64,000 bases of DNA from Candidatus Poribacteria bacterium. GTDB lineage: Bacteria > Poribacteria > WGA-4E > WGA-3G. The DNA lies in the NCBI GenBank assembly GCA_965205025.1, contig CBDBFU010000011.1, positions 1 through 64,000 on the forward strand, given 5' to 3'. This document shows positions 32,825-41,885 of this stretch, one piece after another (within the stretch, counting starts at the first letter, position 1; each line of letters starts with the position of its first letter). Both the position numbers and the translations under genes were made by a program. The notes under the pieces were generated by a model. It was not told the DNA's origin and searched no databases. It saw only the letters and a program-made list of their open reading frames with translations.

Positions 32825-32872
32825 TCACAACTAAAATATAATAGAACACAATAAGCATAAATTATACAACTG

Positions 32873-33535
32873 ATGAGTAAACAATATCCTACCATGACAC
32901 CAATTTCAACCTTTTCAATAGTAGGTTTTGATCAAACAAATAATGATTTAGGTATTGCTGTTCAATCGAAGTTTTTCGCAGTAGGTTCAGTCGTACCATG
33001 GGCAGAAGCTGGGATTGGTGCAGTTGCAACACAATCTTGGGCAAATACTACCTATGGTCCCAGAGGATTAGAATTATTGAAAATAGGACTGACTACACAA
33101 CAAACTTTGGACCATCTGATTGAAGATGATCCTGGAAGTAAAACACGGCAGGTAGGTATTATTGACGCACAGGGAAATGTGGCAAACTTCACTGGTGAAG
33201 AATGTCATGAATGGGCAGGGGCTTATTCTGGAAAGAATTATACCGCACAAGGAAATCTACTTACTGGGGAAAAAGTCGTAGAGGAGATGGGATTTACCTT
33301 TGAAGGTACAGATGGAGAATTAGCTGATAAGTTAGTTGCAGCTCTTGTTGCCGGACAGAAGAGTGGTGGAGATAAGCGAGGACAACAATCTGCTGCCTTA
33401 TTAGTCGTAAGAAAAAATGGTGGATACGGTGGATTTAATGACCGCTATATAGATCTACGGGTTGACGACGCAGAAAAACCAATTGAAGAACTTGTAAGAT
33501 TATTGCAAATTCATAAGAAACTAATACCTCGGTAG
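32873..33535 (+). CDS. DUF1028 family Ntn-hydrolase-like protein
   Basis: TFSIVG, GAVATQS, QGNLL, GGDKRGQQSAALLV, DLRVDD motifs. Confidence 0.88.
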   Translation: MSKQYPTMTPISTFSIVGFDQTNNDLGIAVQSKFFAVGSVVPWAEAGIGAVATQSWANTTYGPRGLELLKIGLTTQQTLDHLIEDDPGSKTRQVGIIDAQGNVANFTGEECHEWAGAYSGKNYTAQGNLLTGEKVVEEMGFTFEGTDGELADKLVAALVAGQKSGGDKRGQQSAALLVVRKNGGYGGFNDRYIDLRVDDAEKPIEELVRLLQIHKKLIPR

Positions 33536-33589
33536 TGTTAGTCACTCAATAATTGGTTATCTAACGTTCACAAATATTGATTCAATTTA

Positions 33590-33745
33590 TAACCCAAGTT
33601 GCTACGAACGGATTTTGTTCGTTTCAACACAGTTTTCAGACACTTTCCACACCCCAGAAAGGTGATATGTCTATAGAAAAAGTTATATCAACATCCTGCA
33701 CTCCAGCGGAGTGCTATGTAAGTAAATAGGTGGCAACATAGGTTA
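33590..33745. mobile_element. MITE-like cassette with imperfect 16-bp TIRs enclosing a REP-like doublet
   Basis: TAACCCAAGTTGCTAC ... GTGGCAACATAGGTTA (13/16 inverted match). Contains CACCCCAGAAAGGTGATATGTCTATAGAAAA and GCACTCCAGCGGAGTGCTATGT. Confidence 0.6.
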
Positions 33746-33854
33746 ATTATAAGTATGCTTTCTTGTTCAGTTCTATTTATATATTGACATTTAATCTCTC
33801 TTTTGCTTAAAATCTTTATAACTCTAACACTTATATTTTATAGAGGAGTTTCTA

Positions 33855-34637
33855 ATGCTTACCCAAGAACAAGTTGATTTTTACAACGAGAACGGATATC
33901 TCAAAGTAGAACAACTTTTTTCTCCTGAGGATACAGAAGAATTGGCTTCTGAGATGGTGCGAATTATAAATAATTGGGGACAGGAAACAATAGGTTGGCC
34001 TGGTCCTTGGCGAACAAAGTATCTAAATGAAGAAGACCAACAAACTACTAAAGCAGTGTTTATGCACAATCCCCACTTTTATTCTGCAGCGTGGGGGAGA
34101 GTCATCTTTCATGAACGTCTAACTGGGGCTGTTCAATCACTAATAGGAAATAGAGTCCAATGGCACCATACTGTCTTACACGCAAAACCACCTGAAAAAG
34201 GTACGCCTTTCCCTATGCATCAAGACTACCCATTTTATCCACATGATGGACTCGATTTTGTTGATTGTCTTGTACATCTTGATGATGCTCCCTTTGAGAG
34301 TGGGGCGTTAAGAGTTGTTCCTGGAAGTCATAAAGAGGGACCCCGCGAACACATCACTGGAGAAGGCACAGCACCGCACCTTCCCACTGACAAATTCCAT
34401 CCTGATTTTATCGACTCTATTCCTGTTCCGGCAAATGCAGGGGATGTGATTTTCTTTAGTTATTGTTTGATTCATTGGTCAGAAGTCAATCGCACAGATC
34501 AATGGAGAAAAGCAGTACGTTTCGGCTATCACACTCCTGAGATGCGACCTGTTGGAAGGGATCCAAATGAACCATATAACAACATTATAGCAGGTGGATT
34601 TAAGGATAATCCTGCTGCAGAGGAAATACAGATCTAA
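33855..34637 (+). CDS. Phytanoyl-CoA dioxygenase (PhyH) family protein
   Basis: FYNENGYL, PMHQDYPF (HxD), LRVVPGSH, AGDVIFF..LIHWS motifs. Confidence 0.92.
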   Translation: MLTQEQVDFYNENGYLKVEQLFSPEDTEELASEMVRIINNWGQETIGWPGPWRTKYLNEEDQQTTKAVFMHNPHFYSAAWGRVIFHERLTGAVQSLIGNRVQWHHTVLHAKPPEKGTPFPMHQDYPFYPHDGLDFVDCLVHLDDAPFESGALRVVPGSHKEGPREHITGEGTAPHLPTDKFHPDFIDSIPVPANAGDVIFFSYCLIHWSEVNRTDQWRKAVRFGYHTPEMRPVGRDPNEPYNNIIAGGFKDNPAAEEIQI

Positions 34638-34656
34638 ATTCTCTATATTGATGAAT

Positions 34657-34695
34657 AGGTAATAATATTGGCACTTCCTGCCAATGTTATTACCT
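34657..34695. terminator. Hairpin between convergent genes (probable terminator)
   Basis: AGGTAATAATATTGGCA/TGCCAATGTTATTACCT inverted repeat. Confidence 0.6.
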
Positions 34696-34739
34696 TGTAT
34701 AAATCAAAATTAAACTTGCCTGAAGTCATTGACTGGAGA

Positions 34740-35729
34740 TCAGGCTTTATAAAATTCTACTGTTCTACCTGCCATATCCGCAACCTTATCTATTAACTTC
34801 TGACGTTCATCGTCATTCATTCCATTGAATTTCTTGGCTAATTCAATTTTCTCTTTCATTTGTTCAGCGTTATCAGGTCCGGTAACAAGAGTACTCACTG
34901 GAAATGACCAGACAAACCGGATGGCTTCAGATATACTTACCCTATTTGGAACGACTCTCGGATTCGGACCGTGTCTTCCGTGTCTTGTTCCTCCGAAGAA
35001 ACCTCCATTCGCCAATGACTTCATTCCTATTACACCTATATTTCGTTCTACGAGTGTAGGTATTATCTTTTCAATAAAACTCTCATAATTAATATCGGTT
35101 AAATTCACTGGTAACTGACAAGCGTCAAAAATGTCAGAATGATGCATCACGCGTTGATGAGCAGAAGGACTTGTATGTCCTGTAAAACCAATAAATCTTG
35201 TTTTACCTGAATTCTTAGCTTCTGCCATTACATCAAATACACCACCATTGACCCTGCCATCAACATCCTCAGGATTACGTACTGCGTGTACTTGCCAAAG
35301 GTCTATTTGGTCGGTATTAAGACGTTTAAGAGTTCCTTCAATATGTTTTCTGGCTGTATCTGCATCACGAGCAGTTGTTTTTGACATTATAAAAATATCA
35401 TCACGATATTTCGGGATTAATAGCTTACCTAAACGTTGTTCACTACCACCGGCTTGATAGGATTCTGCTGAATCAAAAAAGCGGACACCACCTTCAAGAG
35501 CTGTTTCGATCGTCTTTTGTGCTTCTTTTTCGGACATATCACCGATATGCCAACCACCCACTCCTAACATCGTTACAGTTTCATTCGTTCTACCAAATTT
35601 TCGTAAAGGAAGAAGTGTACCTAACCTATCGCTTGATTGTGGGTCTTGCCCCTCAGAATTGGATGAAGATAGAAGTATACCTGTTGTCAATCCTGCCAAA
35701 GTTTTTAGAAATCCACGTCGATCAATCAT
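34740..35729 (-). CDS. Tat-exported aldo/keto reductase
   Basis: MIDRRGFLK twin-arginine signal after a GGAGGTG RBS; LGVGG, FFDSAESY, IDLWQVH, IGFTGH, GMKSLA motifs. Confidence 0.9.
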   Translation of the reverse strand: MIDRRGFLKTLAGLTTGILLSSSNSEGQDPQSSDRLGTLLPLRKFGRTNETVTMLGVGGWHIGDMSEKEAQKTIETALEGGVRFFDSAESYQAGGSEQRLGKLLIPKYRDDIFIMSKTTARDADTARKHIEGTLKRLNTDQIDLWQVHAVRNPEDVDGRVNGGVFDVMAEAKNSGKTRFIGFTGHTSPSAHQRVMHHSDIFDACQLPVNLTDINYESFIEKIIPTLVERNIGVIGMKSLANGGFFGGTRHGRHGPNPRVVPNRVSISEAIRFVWSFPVSTLVTGPDNAEQMKEKIELAKKFNGMNDDERQKLIDKVADMAGRTVEFYKA

Positions 35730-35793
35730 GTAATCACCTCCATATCCATAATACATAGATTGATTTTTATAGTCAACAATTAAATTCAAGTGT

Positions 35794-35860
35794 ACCGTGA
35801 GTTTGATAATAGATAGGACTTACACATTTCCTCTTTGTCTGTAGCCCCGGTGGATGCCTT
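35794..35860. repeat. Stacked remnant ends of miniature elements
   Basis: ACCGTGAGTTTGATAA matches the TIR at 44628/44755; followed by ATAGGACTTACACA and a GTAG-led GC-rich segment. Confidence 0.45.
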
Positions 35861-35993
35861 AATGGCATTTTCCTGATATAATACACCTTTTCATCTATTA
35901 TCTTTTATCCGCTTATGTGACACGGTTCCCTCAAGTATCATCTAATCCTATTTTAACACATTTCACTTGTTTTGGGTATTTTTGCTAACTCAC

Positions 35994-36029
35994 AAAAAGG
36001 CAGATATCCAATAACGGATACCTGCCTTT
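35994..36029 (-). terminator. Intrinsic terminator closing the Cys/His-rich operon
   Basis: AAAGGCAGATATCC/GGATACCTGCCTTT stem, with a T tract on the minus strand. Confidence 0.75.
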
Positions 36030-36059
36030 AAAGACTAATATTCTGTCAAGGAGACAACT

Positions 36060-37511
36060 TTACTCTTCTCTTGCATAACAGCTCAAACCATTCTTCTTAC
36101 GATAAGGCTTGTTACAAATCGGAGCTGTAGATGATACACACTTCTGCCACGTTTGACTGCAAAAACGGCACGTCCGAATCCGATGCTTATTTATCTGATT
36201 TGCTTTACTCGGATCATACTTATGACCATTGGCACACGTCGCTTGGCACGTATGCGACTGACACTTATAGAAATTTGTCACTGTGCAACTGCTATTGATT
36301 AGACAAGACGCTTGTAAGGAATGATCTCCAGCGACACTCGTTAGATGAACTCCACACGCATGGTAAGTTGGCGTCGGCGCCGGAGTAGGATCCGGAGTAG
36401 GAGAAGGATCAGGGTCAGGCGTGGGGGTAGGAGACGGAGTTGAGGTTGTGGTGTCATCATCATCAGCGTTAACGTGTTTGCTTGCATTCGTACAAGTATC
36501 AACACCAGCACAACTATAATAAGTTCCATGACACCTGTTAAAAAGCCATAAACTCGATGAAGTCCGAGGGACTTTCTCATTACAATGCACTAAATGTGGT
36601 ACATGATAACTACTAAGAGTAGGATGCTCAGGAAGGAAACCTACACTGTAACCAGCCCACCTTTTTATCACATTGTATTCACCACAGACACCAGGACATT
36701 TGTGCTTGTGATAATAACTCAATGGACACTCAGAAGAAGTTTTAGGTGGACAAATCCAATAAGAATAGGGTGATGAGACCGCCTCTGTTATTTTTGATGG
36801 ATCTATTACGGGAGAACTCAAGTATACGTGCTTTTCGGTACAAGTACGACGATGCCCTGTATAACTACCTGCCGATCCACCTTCAGATAAAGTCAAAATG
36901 TTCCGAAGTCCATGCGTAGAAGCAGTATAAACCGTATTACATTTCGGATTCTTACATGATATACTTGGATTGACAATCACAGGATCACTCGGAAAGTTTC
37001 CTAACATAACAAATTCTTCAACTTCAGACTGTTTTAATTTATGCACATCATAGTGATCTTTATAATGTTTATGTGCCGTCTTGAATTTCTCTACCGCACT
37101 TGCTACAGCCACATTTTGATTTTGAATTTCGATAGCTTTGTTCACACGTTTAGCAGCCAAGTCGTATGCGTCTGCAATGTCTATCATCTGCTTAGACATT
37201 GCCGATGTCACAGAAGACACAGCACCCAGGACATCTATTTGAACAGCATCGACAAGATCAATAGCATTATCAATCATATCCTCTGTGTTGTCATCCCATT
37301 GCACACCCAGCATCGCATACTCAATTTCAAGCCTTTCCATGGCTCTCCACTCATCCTGTAAATCATCTCGTTTGTCGTTATATACGCCTAAAGCAAGTGC
37401 TACAGATCCCTCTGTATAGTACATATTCGGGTCATGTGCTTCCCCTTTATAAAAAAGAAGACTCCCAATGAAAATTATCAAGATCATAAATGAAAATTTT
37501 TTGTAAAACAT
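36060..37511 (-). CDS. Secreted Cys/His-rich modular protein of unknown function
   Basis: AAGGAGG RBS, signal peptide, N-terminal coiled coil, 22 Cys in the C-terminal ~300 aa, Pro/Thr linker. Confidence 0.8.
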   Translation of the reverse strand: MFYKKFSFMILIIFIGSLLFYKGEAHDPNMYYTEGSVALALGVYNDKRDDLQDEWRAMERLEIEYAMLGVQWDDNTEDMIDNAIDLVDAVQIDVLGAVSSVTSAMSKQMIDIADAYDLAAKRVNKAIEIQNQNVAVASAVEKFKTAHKHYKDHYDVHKLKQSEVEEFVMLGNFPSDPVIVNPSISCKNPKCNTVYTASTHGLRNILTLSEGGSAGSYTGHRRTCTEKHVYLSSPVIDPSKITEAVSSPYSYWICPPKTSSECPLSYYHKHKCPGVCGEYNVIKRWAGYSVGFLPEHPTLSSYHVPHLVHCNEKVPRTSSSLWLFNRCHGTYYSCAGVDTCTNASKHVNADDDDTTTSTPSPTPTPDPDPSPTPDPTPAPTPTYHACGVHLTSVAGDHSLQASCLINSSCTVTNFYKCQSHTCQATCANGHKYDPSKANQINKHRIRTCRFCSQTWQKCVSSTAPICNKPYRKKNGLSCYAREE

Positions 37512-37523
37512 TGTTGCCTCCTT

Positions 37524-38117
37524 TTAGTTTGAAACAGGAAAACCTTCGTATAGTTTCTTGTATTCTGTACGTAGATTTTCTACTACTTCAGGACGACCCA
37601 ATTCAATAGCGTCTTCTATTTGTTCCCCTAACTTTGTCTGTATATTCACAATGGCAACAAGTCTAAGCTCCGCCTCAACGTTATCACCATAGTTTTCAAG
37701 GTTTCTTGTCAATTTCAGACGCTCATATTCTGCCTGTTCTTCTTCTGTCATGGGACGAAAATAGTTAAAATCAATTTTCGTGTCCCCATTCTCAAACACA
37801 AGCTTGGGGTCCCACCCATCAAACTTTTCCCGCTCTGGATCGTAGATATAATCAGGTTTCTTCTGATCTTTATCCACAATCTCTACATCGACAATCGGTT
37901 CATGTGGTTCATCGTGCCATTCATCTCCATGCCAATGTCCGTTAGGAGAGGCACCGGGTGGAGGCTTCCTTGCTTCTCTCGCCTTTTCAATGTCTGCTTC
38001 TGTTGGCAGTTTATACCTCGTTTCTGGTTCCGGATCGGGTTGCAACATAAAGTATACTCCCACAACACCGATAATAAGAATGAGGGAAGCGATCCCCCAA
38101 TACATTTTCTTTCTCAT
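37524..38117 (-). CDS. Membrane-anchored protein with PPPG-x4-HWHGDEWHDEPH motif
   Basis: AAGGAG-N8-ATG at 38117, N-terminal TM helix, His/Trp motif, acidic helical C-terminus. Confidence 0.8.
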   Translation of the reverse strand: MRKKMYWGIASLILIIGVVGVYFMLQPDPEPETRYKLPTEADIEKAREARKPPPGASPNGHWHGDEWHDEPHEPIVDVEIVDKDQKKPDYIYDPEREKFDGWDPKLVFENGDTKIDFNYFRPMTEEEQAEYERLKLTRNLENYGDNVEAELRLVAIVNIQTKLGEQIEDAIELGRPEVVENLRTEYKKLYEGFPVSN

Positions 38118-38122
38118 AAGTT

Positions 38123-38449
38123 TCACTCCTTATATAAAGAGCCACCCTTCTGTTTTACAGTGTCCAGCGAACAAGGTGGTTTCGGATTTCGTTTTGGACA
38201 AATCGGAAATGGTTGAACTCTGGGAAACTCTCCCGATTCACACCCACCAAGAGATTTCAGTGGGGTCGGACACCGCTCAAAATTCGGAGAGTATTCACGA
38301 GGTAAACATTCCCAACCAATCCATCGTTCACCATTCGGATTACAACGTTGCGTGGTGTTTGCATCAACACCAAACAAAAATATACCGCCTACATAAATGC
38401 AGGTAAAAATAATTATCGTAATAGAGAGGACCTTGTAGTCTTGTCTCAT
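38123..38449 (-). CDS. Small exported Cys/Pro-rich protein
   Basis: AGGAG RBS before ATG 38449, hydrophobic N-terminus ending VDA, 6 Cys in the mature part; stop codon abuts the RBS of the next gene. Confidence 0.6.
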   Translation of the reverse strand: MRQDYKVLSITIIIFTCIYVGGIFLFGVDANTTQRCNPNGERWIGWECLPREYSPNFERCPTPLKSLGGCESGEFPRVQPFPICPKRNPKPPCSLDTVKQKGGSLYKE

Positions 38450-38598
38450 GCTGTGCTCCTTTGAAGAATGAAGCAAGTTAATTGTATAGACAGACTACAG
38501 AGATGTGGAAGGAAAAAGAGTCTATAATGTAATCTCTGTAGAGGTCGCTGGTATTTAGTCACATGTGACATTAGTGTCAATTCATGTTATAATAAAAC

Positions 38599-38666
38599 CA
38601 GCGCTGTCGTAATATGTCTACTTCAGTGCCGCATCGGCAGCTCGTACACTGCCGGTGCATTTTTTT
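38599..38666 (+). ncRNA. Candidate cis-antisense small RNA
   Basis: GTGACA-N17-(TG)TATAAT promoter at 38565-38593, then a 10-bp stem GCATCGGCAG/CTGCCGGTGC plus A-T7 terminator. Antisense to the 5' UTR of the minus-strand operon. Confidence 0.5.
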
Positions 38667-38717
38667 AGCACCCTCCGATGTCGTTCACGCATATCGTGAA
38701 TTCTAACATCTTCCTAT

Positions 38718-38747
38718 ATTATAGAAAAAATTATTAAAAATTGTCAA
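38718..38747 (-). promoter_or_regulatory. Consensus sigma70 promoter for the 36060-38449 operon
   Basis: TTGACA-N18-TATAAT on the minus strand. Confidence 0.65.
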
Positions 38748-38827
38748 CATTTATTTTTCTACAACATATTATAGATCATACAATTTTTTCATTTTTAATG
38801 CAAGTCTTTTTTTACTACTATATGTAT

Positions 38828-40380
38828 GGGTGTGTAAACTTTTTGGCATGAAAATCAGGTTGCCTTTGTGTAGTGTTAATATTTATCGTTTTTATATGAT
38901 AGCACTTTCACGGAAACCTTCACGGAGCAATTTTACGAAGCCTTATTCTATAAGGGTTTGTAATTTTAACTATTCCAATTTTCCGTGAATCACATACGTT
39001 AATTATATTATAACTAAAGTGTGTATTTAGTACTTATCTGTTTTTCATACGAAGTGTATTGGGACATAGCATTCCGCTGGAGTGCCAGACTGTCCGATAT
39101 TGTTTTCTATAGACATAGTACTCCGCTGGAGTACGGTATTTTTGATATAGAAAACTCCAAAAAATAGACTTATCATTAGATTCTTAGTTACCCCCTGAAA
39201 TAGAATTGTCAAAATTATAGTAGTGAAGAATAAACTGTAATTCTCGAAAGGGTGTGTAAAGTTTTTGGCATGAATATCACGGATCATAGGGTTATTAGCT
39301 TATAGTTGGTAGTTATTAATTTACAGTTGTTAGTTTTTTAGTTGTTCACAATAGTTATATTTATGTTTTCTATATGTTGAATAAAGTTACACTTTTTGTC
39401 ACATGGTGTGACATTGGTAAAACTCCTCTCTCGTCAGTACTACAATGGGTTTAGAGCCATTTTTTTAAGGTCACAAGAATTTGTTAAAATTATAAAATGG
39501 GATGAATTTTGTGTCTTTTACTTTTGTTTTTGATCCATTGATTTAGGATTGTTTGAATGTGATGTTTTTTATCTATCCATTTTGACATGGTATTAGAATA
39601 TATTCGATAAATCATAGATTCGGAGGATTCTTTGTACGTACCATTTGCTATATTTTCAACCAACGGCCTGGGAAACACCAATTCTATGAAGAGAATTATA
39701 TCTGTATGGACGATTCTTAGTAATGAGATACACTGTAGTTTTCTGGTGTGTATGATAGTCTGTTTTGTTTGAAGTCGGTCTAATTTTAAGTTTTTTGAGT
39801 TATTCAAGTTTTTCAAGTTTTTTGAGTTGCTTTTTAGGAAATGATTTTTTAATGAGCCGAAAACCCTGTTGAGGGTTGGGATAACAAAGGATTTGAGTAA
39901 TAGGTGTAAAATTTTAAAATTTGAAAAACTAAAAAAATATTTGGTTGAATTCGCATTGATTTTCCTCTGTATCTGCTTATAAGGTGATAATTCTGAATGT
40001 TTTAGTTGTAATTCTAACATGGATTTTCCTATTTCCCAGATAGTGGATTTGGTTGAATTTGGCATAAAGTTTAGAAGCCTAAATAATTAGCCAAAATAAT
40101 TAGAAGAGAGTTACACTTTCACAACATAAATAATATTTCGTATCTTCCAAGTAATATATTATTTTTAGTTAATAATTAGTGGACGATATAGTATTGTATC
40201 ATTTTATTTGCATTTTGACAAATATTTTTAATTTATTTTATGTTATTGTGATATATGTGTGTTAGTTGTTAGACGTTCCTATTTTCTTCAAAATTATTTT
40301 AAGTCTTATGGAAAAAGTGTGAAATTAGAATTTGATACAGTTTATATTCAGTAAATTAATGTCATAAACTTTAGACACCC
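38828..40380. mobile_element. Transposase-less element bounded by GGGTGT(G/C)TAAAGTTT-type terminal repeats
   Basis: Direct ~30-bp copies at 38828 and 39250; inverted copy ending at 40380 (19/22 match to the 39250 copy); no credible CDS inside. Confidence 0.45.
39063..39135 (-). repeat. REP-like palindrome doublet (CTCCAGCGGA family)
   Basis: Reverse complement reads GTACTCCAGCGGAGTACTATGTCTATAGAAAA...GCACTCCAGCGGAATGCTATGT, the same layout as 33649-33719. Confidence 0.75.
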
Positions 40381-40396
40381 CGATACAAGAAATCAT

Positions 40397-40425
40397 TTGA
40401 CTTATCAAGTCAATTTTGCTATCCT
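40397..40425 (+). promoter_or_regulatory. Promoter with overlapping palindromic operator
   Basis: TTGACT-N17-(TG)TATCCT; the inverted repeat TTGACTT-ATC-AAGTCAA covers the -35 box. Confidence 0.5.
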
Positions 40426-40529
40426 TAATATAGAAATAATCCTATTTTAAATTAGATTCAATATAAGTTTTTCTCCTCTATTAGGAAATATTCGCTAAAT
40501 AAGAATTGTTATATAATTCAAGGGGTAAT

Positions 40530-41312
40530 ATGAATTACAATAAACATAATACAAGAAACCGTGTTGGATACATAATCGGTTTGTCTATCTTAATGTTCTC
40601 ATTCCTAATCTTCACTGAAATAGTAAATGCAGAAGATCTTGTTTTACACTTATCATTTGATGAGCTTAATGGAAAAGTATCCAAAGATTCATCTGAATTC
40701 CGAAATGATGTGACTTTTACCGGTTCACCTAAACTTGTTGATGGTAAATTTGGAAATGCAATTGATTTCGATGGAAAAACACATGGTGAAGTTCCTGATC
40801 ATTCCAGTATTGATATTGTTGATGGAATTACAATTGAATTCTGGGCAAAATTAAGAGCTGGAGCAGATGTTCAAACAGGAGTAGAAAAAGGTCCCGCATG
40901 GGGTGCAGGTTTATATACCCTCGCTGCCTTCTATCGTGGTGGTTCTATTCTACAATTCTTTGATTTGCCCGATAATTGTGATGATGAAAATGTTGGTGGA
41001 AGTATACTTGATGGAAATTGGCATTTTTTGGCGGGTACATGGGACGGGAATACCATCAAACTTTACATTGATGGTGTCTTGAATAAACAATTAGATTGTA
41101 AAGGTGAACTTGTTCCAAACAATGGAGCATTATATATCGGTGCAAGGGGAGGAAAAGAACGGTATGTCACCGGCGCACTTGATGAAATAAAGATGTATAA
41201 CTATGCTCTAACTGAGGATGAGTTGCTTACGGATATGGACAATCCATTACTTCTAAACGTAGAACCCAAAGGAAAACTCGCTACTACTTGGGCACGACTT
41301 AAAGGCAAATAA
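40530..41312 (+). CDS. Secreted LamG-like protein
   Basis: Signal peptide, LVLHLSFDE, GKFGNAIDFDG, WHFLAGTWDG, LDEIKMYNYAL motifs; ends VEPKGKLATTWARLK. Confidence 0.9.
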   Translation: MNYNKHNTRNRVGYIIGLSILMFSFLIFTEIVNAEDLVLHLSFDELNGKVSKDSSEFRNDVTFTGSPKLVDGKFGNAIDFDGKTHGEVPDHSSIDIVDGITIEFWAKLRAGADVQTGVEKGPAWGAGLYTLAAFYRGGSILQFFDLPDNCDDENVGGSILDGNWHFLAGTWDGNTIKLYIDGVLNKQLDCKGELVPNNGALYIGARGGKERYVTGALDEIKMYNYALTEDELLTDMDNPLLLNVEPKGKLATTWARLKGK

Positions 41313-41321
41313 GGTTAATTC

Positions 41322-41885
41322 ATGAAGAAATTTGTTTACATCTTACCACTATTATTTATTATACACTATTTTACTGCATGTTCTCTCCTTCCAGGTGCTA
41401 ATCAATCAGGAGAAAATGTTGCTGTTCTTAAGACAGAAAAAGGCACCGTTGTAATTGAGTTCTATGACGAATCTGCCCCTGTGGCAGTTGAAAACTTCAA
41501 AAAACTAATCAGTATGAAATTCTATGATGGATTAACATTCCATCGCATTGTCAACCAACCAGGATTAAATATTGTTCAGGGAGGTTGTCCGAAAGGAGAT
41601 GGAACTGGTGACCCGGGTTGGAAGATTGTTGATGAATATACCAATCCAAATCAACGGAAACACATGAGAGGAACAGTTGCTATGGCACGTGCAAACATGC
41701 CAGACTCCTCTGGAAGTCAGTTCTACATCTGTCTACAACCACAGCCTCATCTTGATGGACAATATACAACCTTTGGTGGTGTTATTCAAGGGATGCATGT
41801 CGTCGATATGTTAGCAATAGGCGACAGAATCACCACCATTCGTTTGGAGGCTAAGTCGAAATATGTTAAGGCAGCAGAGAATTAA
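41322..41885 (+). CDS. Cyclophilin-type peptidyl-prolyl isomerase, lipoprotein
   Basis: FTAC lipobox; FYDGLTFHRI, QGGCP, MARA, GSQFYI, HLDGQYTTFG motifs. Confidence 0.92.
   Translation: MKKFVYILPLLFIIHYFTACSLLPGANQSGENVAVLKTEKGTVVIEFYDESAPVAVENFKKLISMKFYDGLTFHRIVNQPGLNIVQGGCPKGDGTGDPGWKIVDEYTNPNQRKHMRGTVAMARANMPDSSGSQFYICLQPQPHLDGQYTTFGGVIQGMHVVDMLAIGDRITTIRLEAKSKYVKAAEN

Noticed and set aside
37902-38406. Plus-strand ORFs of 104 and 138 aa over the island
   Set aside because: They are antisense shadows of minus-strand genes that have clear RBSs and signal/TM segments
39045-39287. 80-aa ORF
   Set aside because: It runs through REP palindromes and a terminal repeat; probably spurious
39490-40065. 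191-aa minus-strand ORF
   Set aside because: Low-complexity K/N/L translation of repeat DNA, with no RBS or recognisable motif; probably spurious
38828-40380. CRISPR array or leader in the long AT-rich tract
   Set aside because: No regularly spaced identical repeats with unique spacers, and no cas genes
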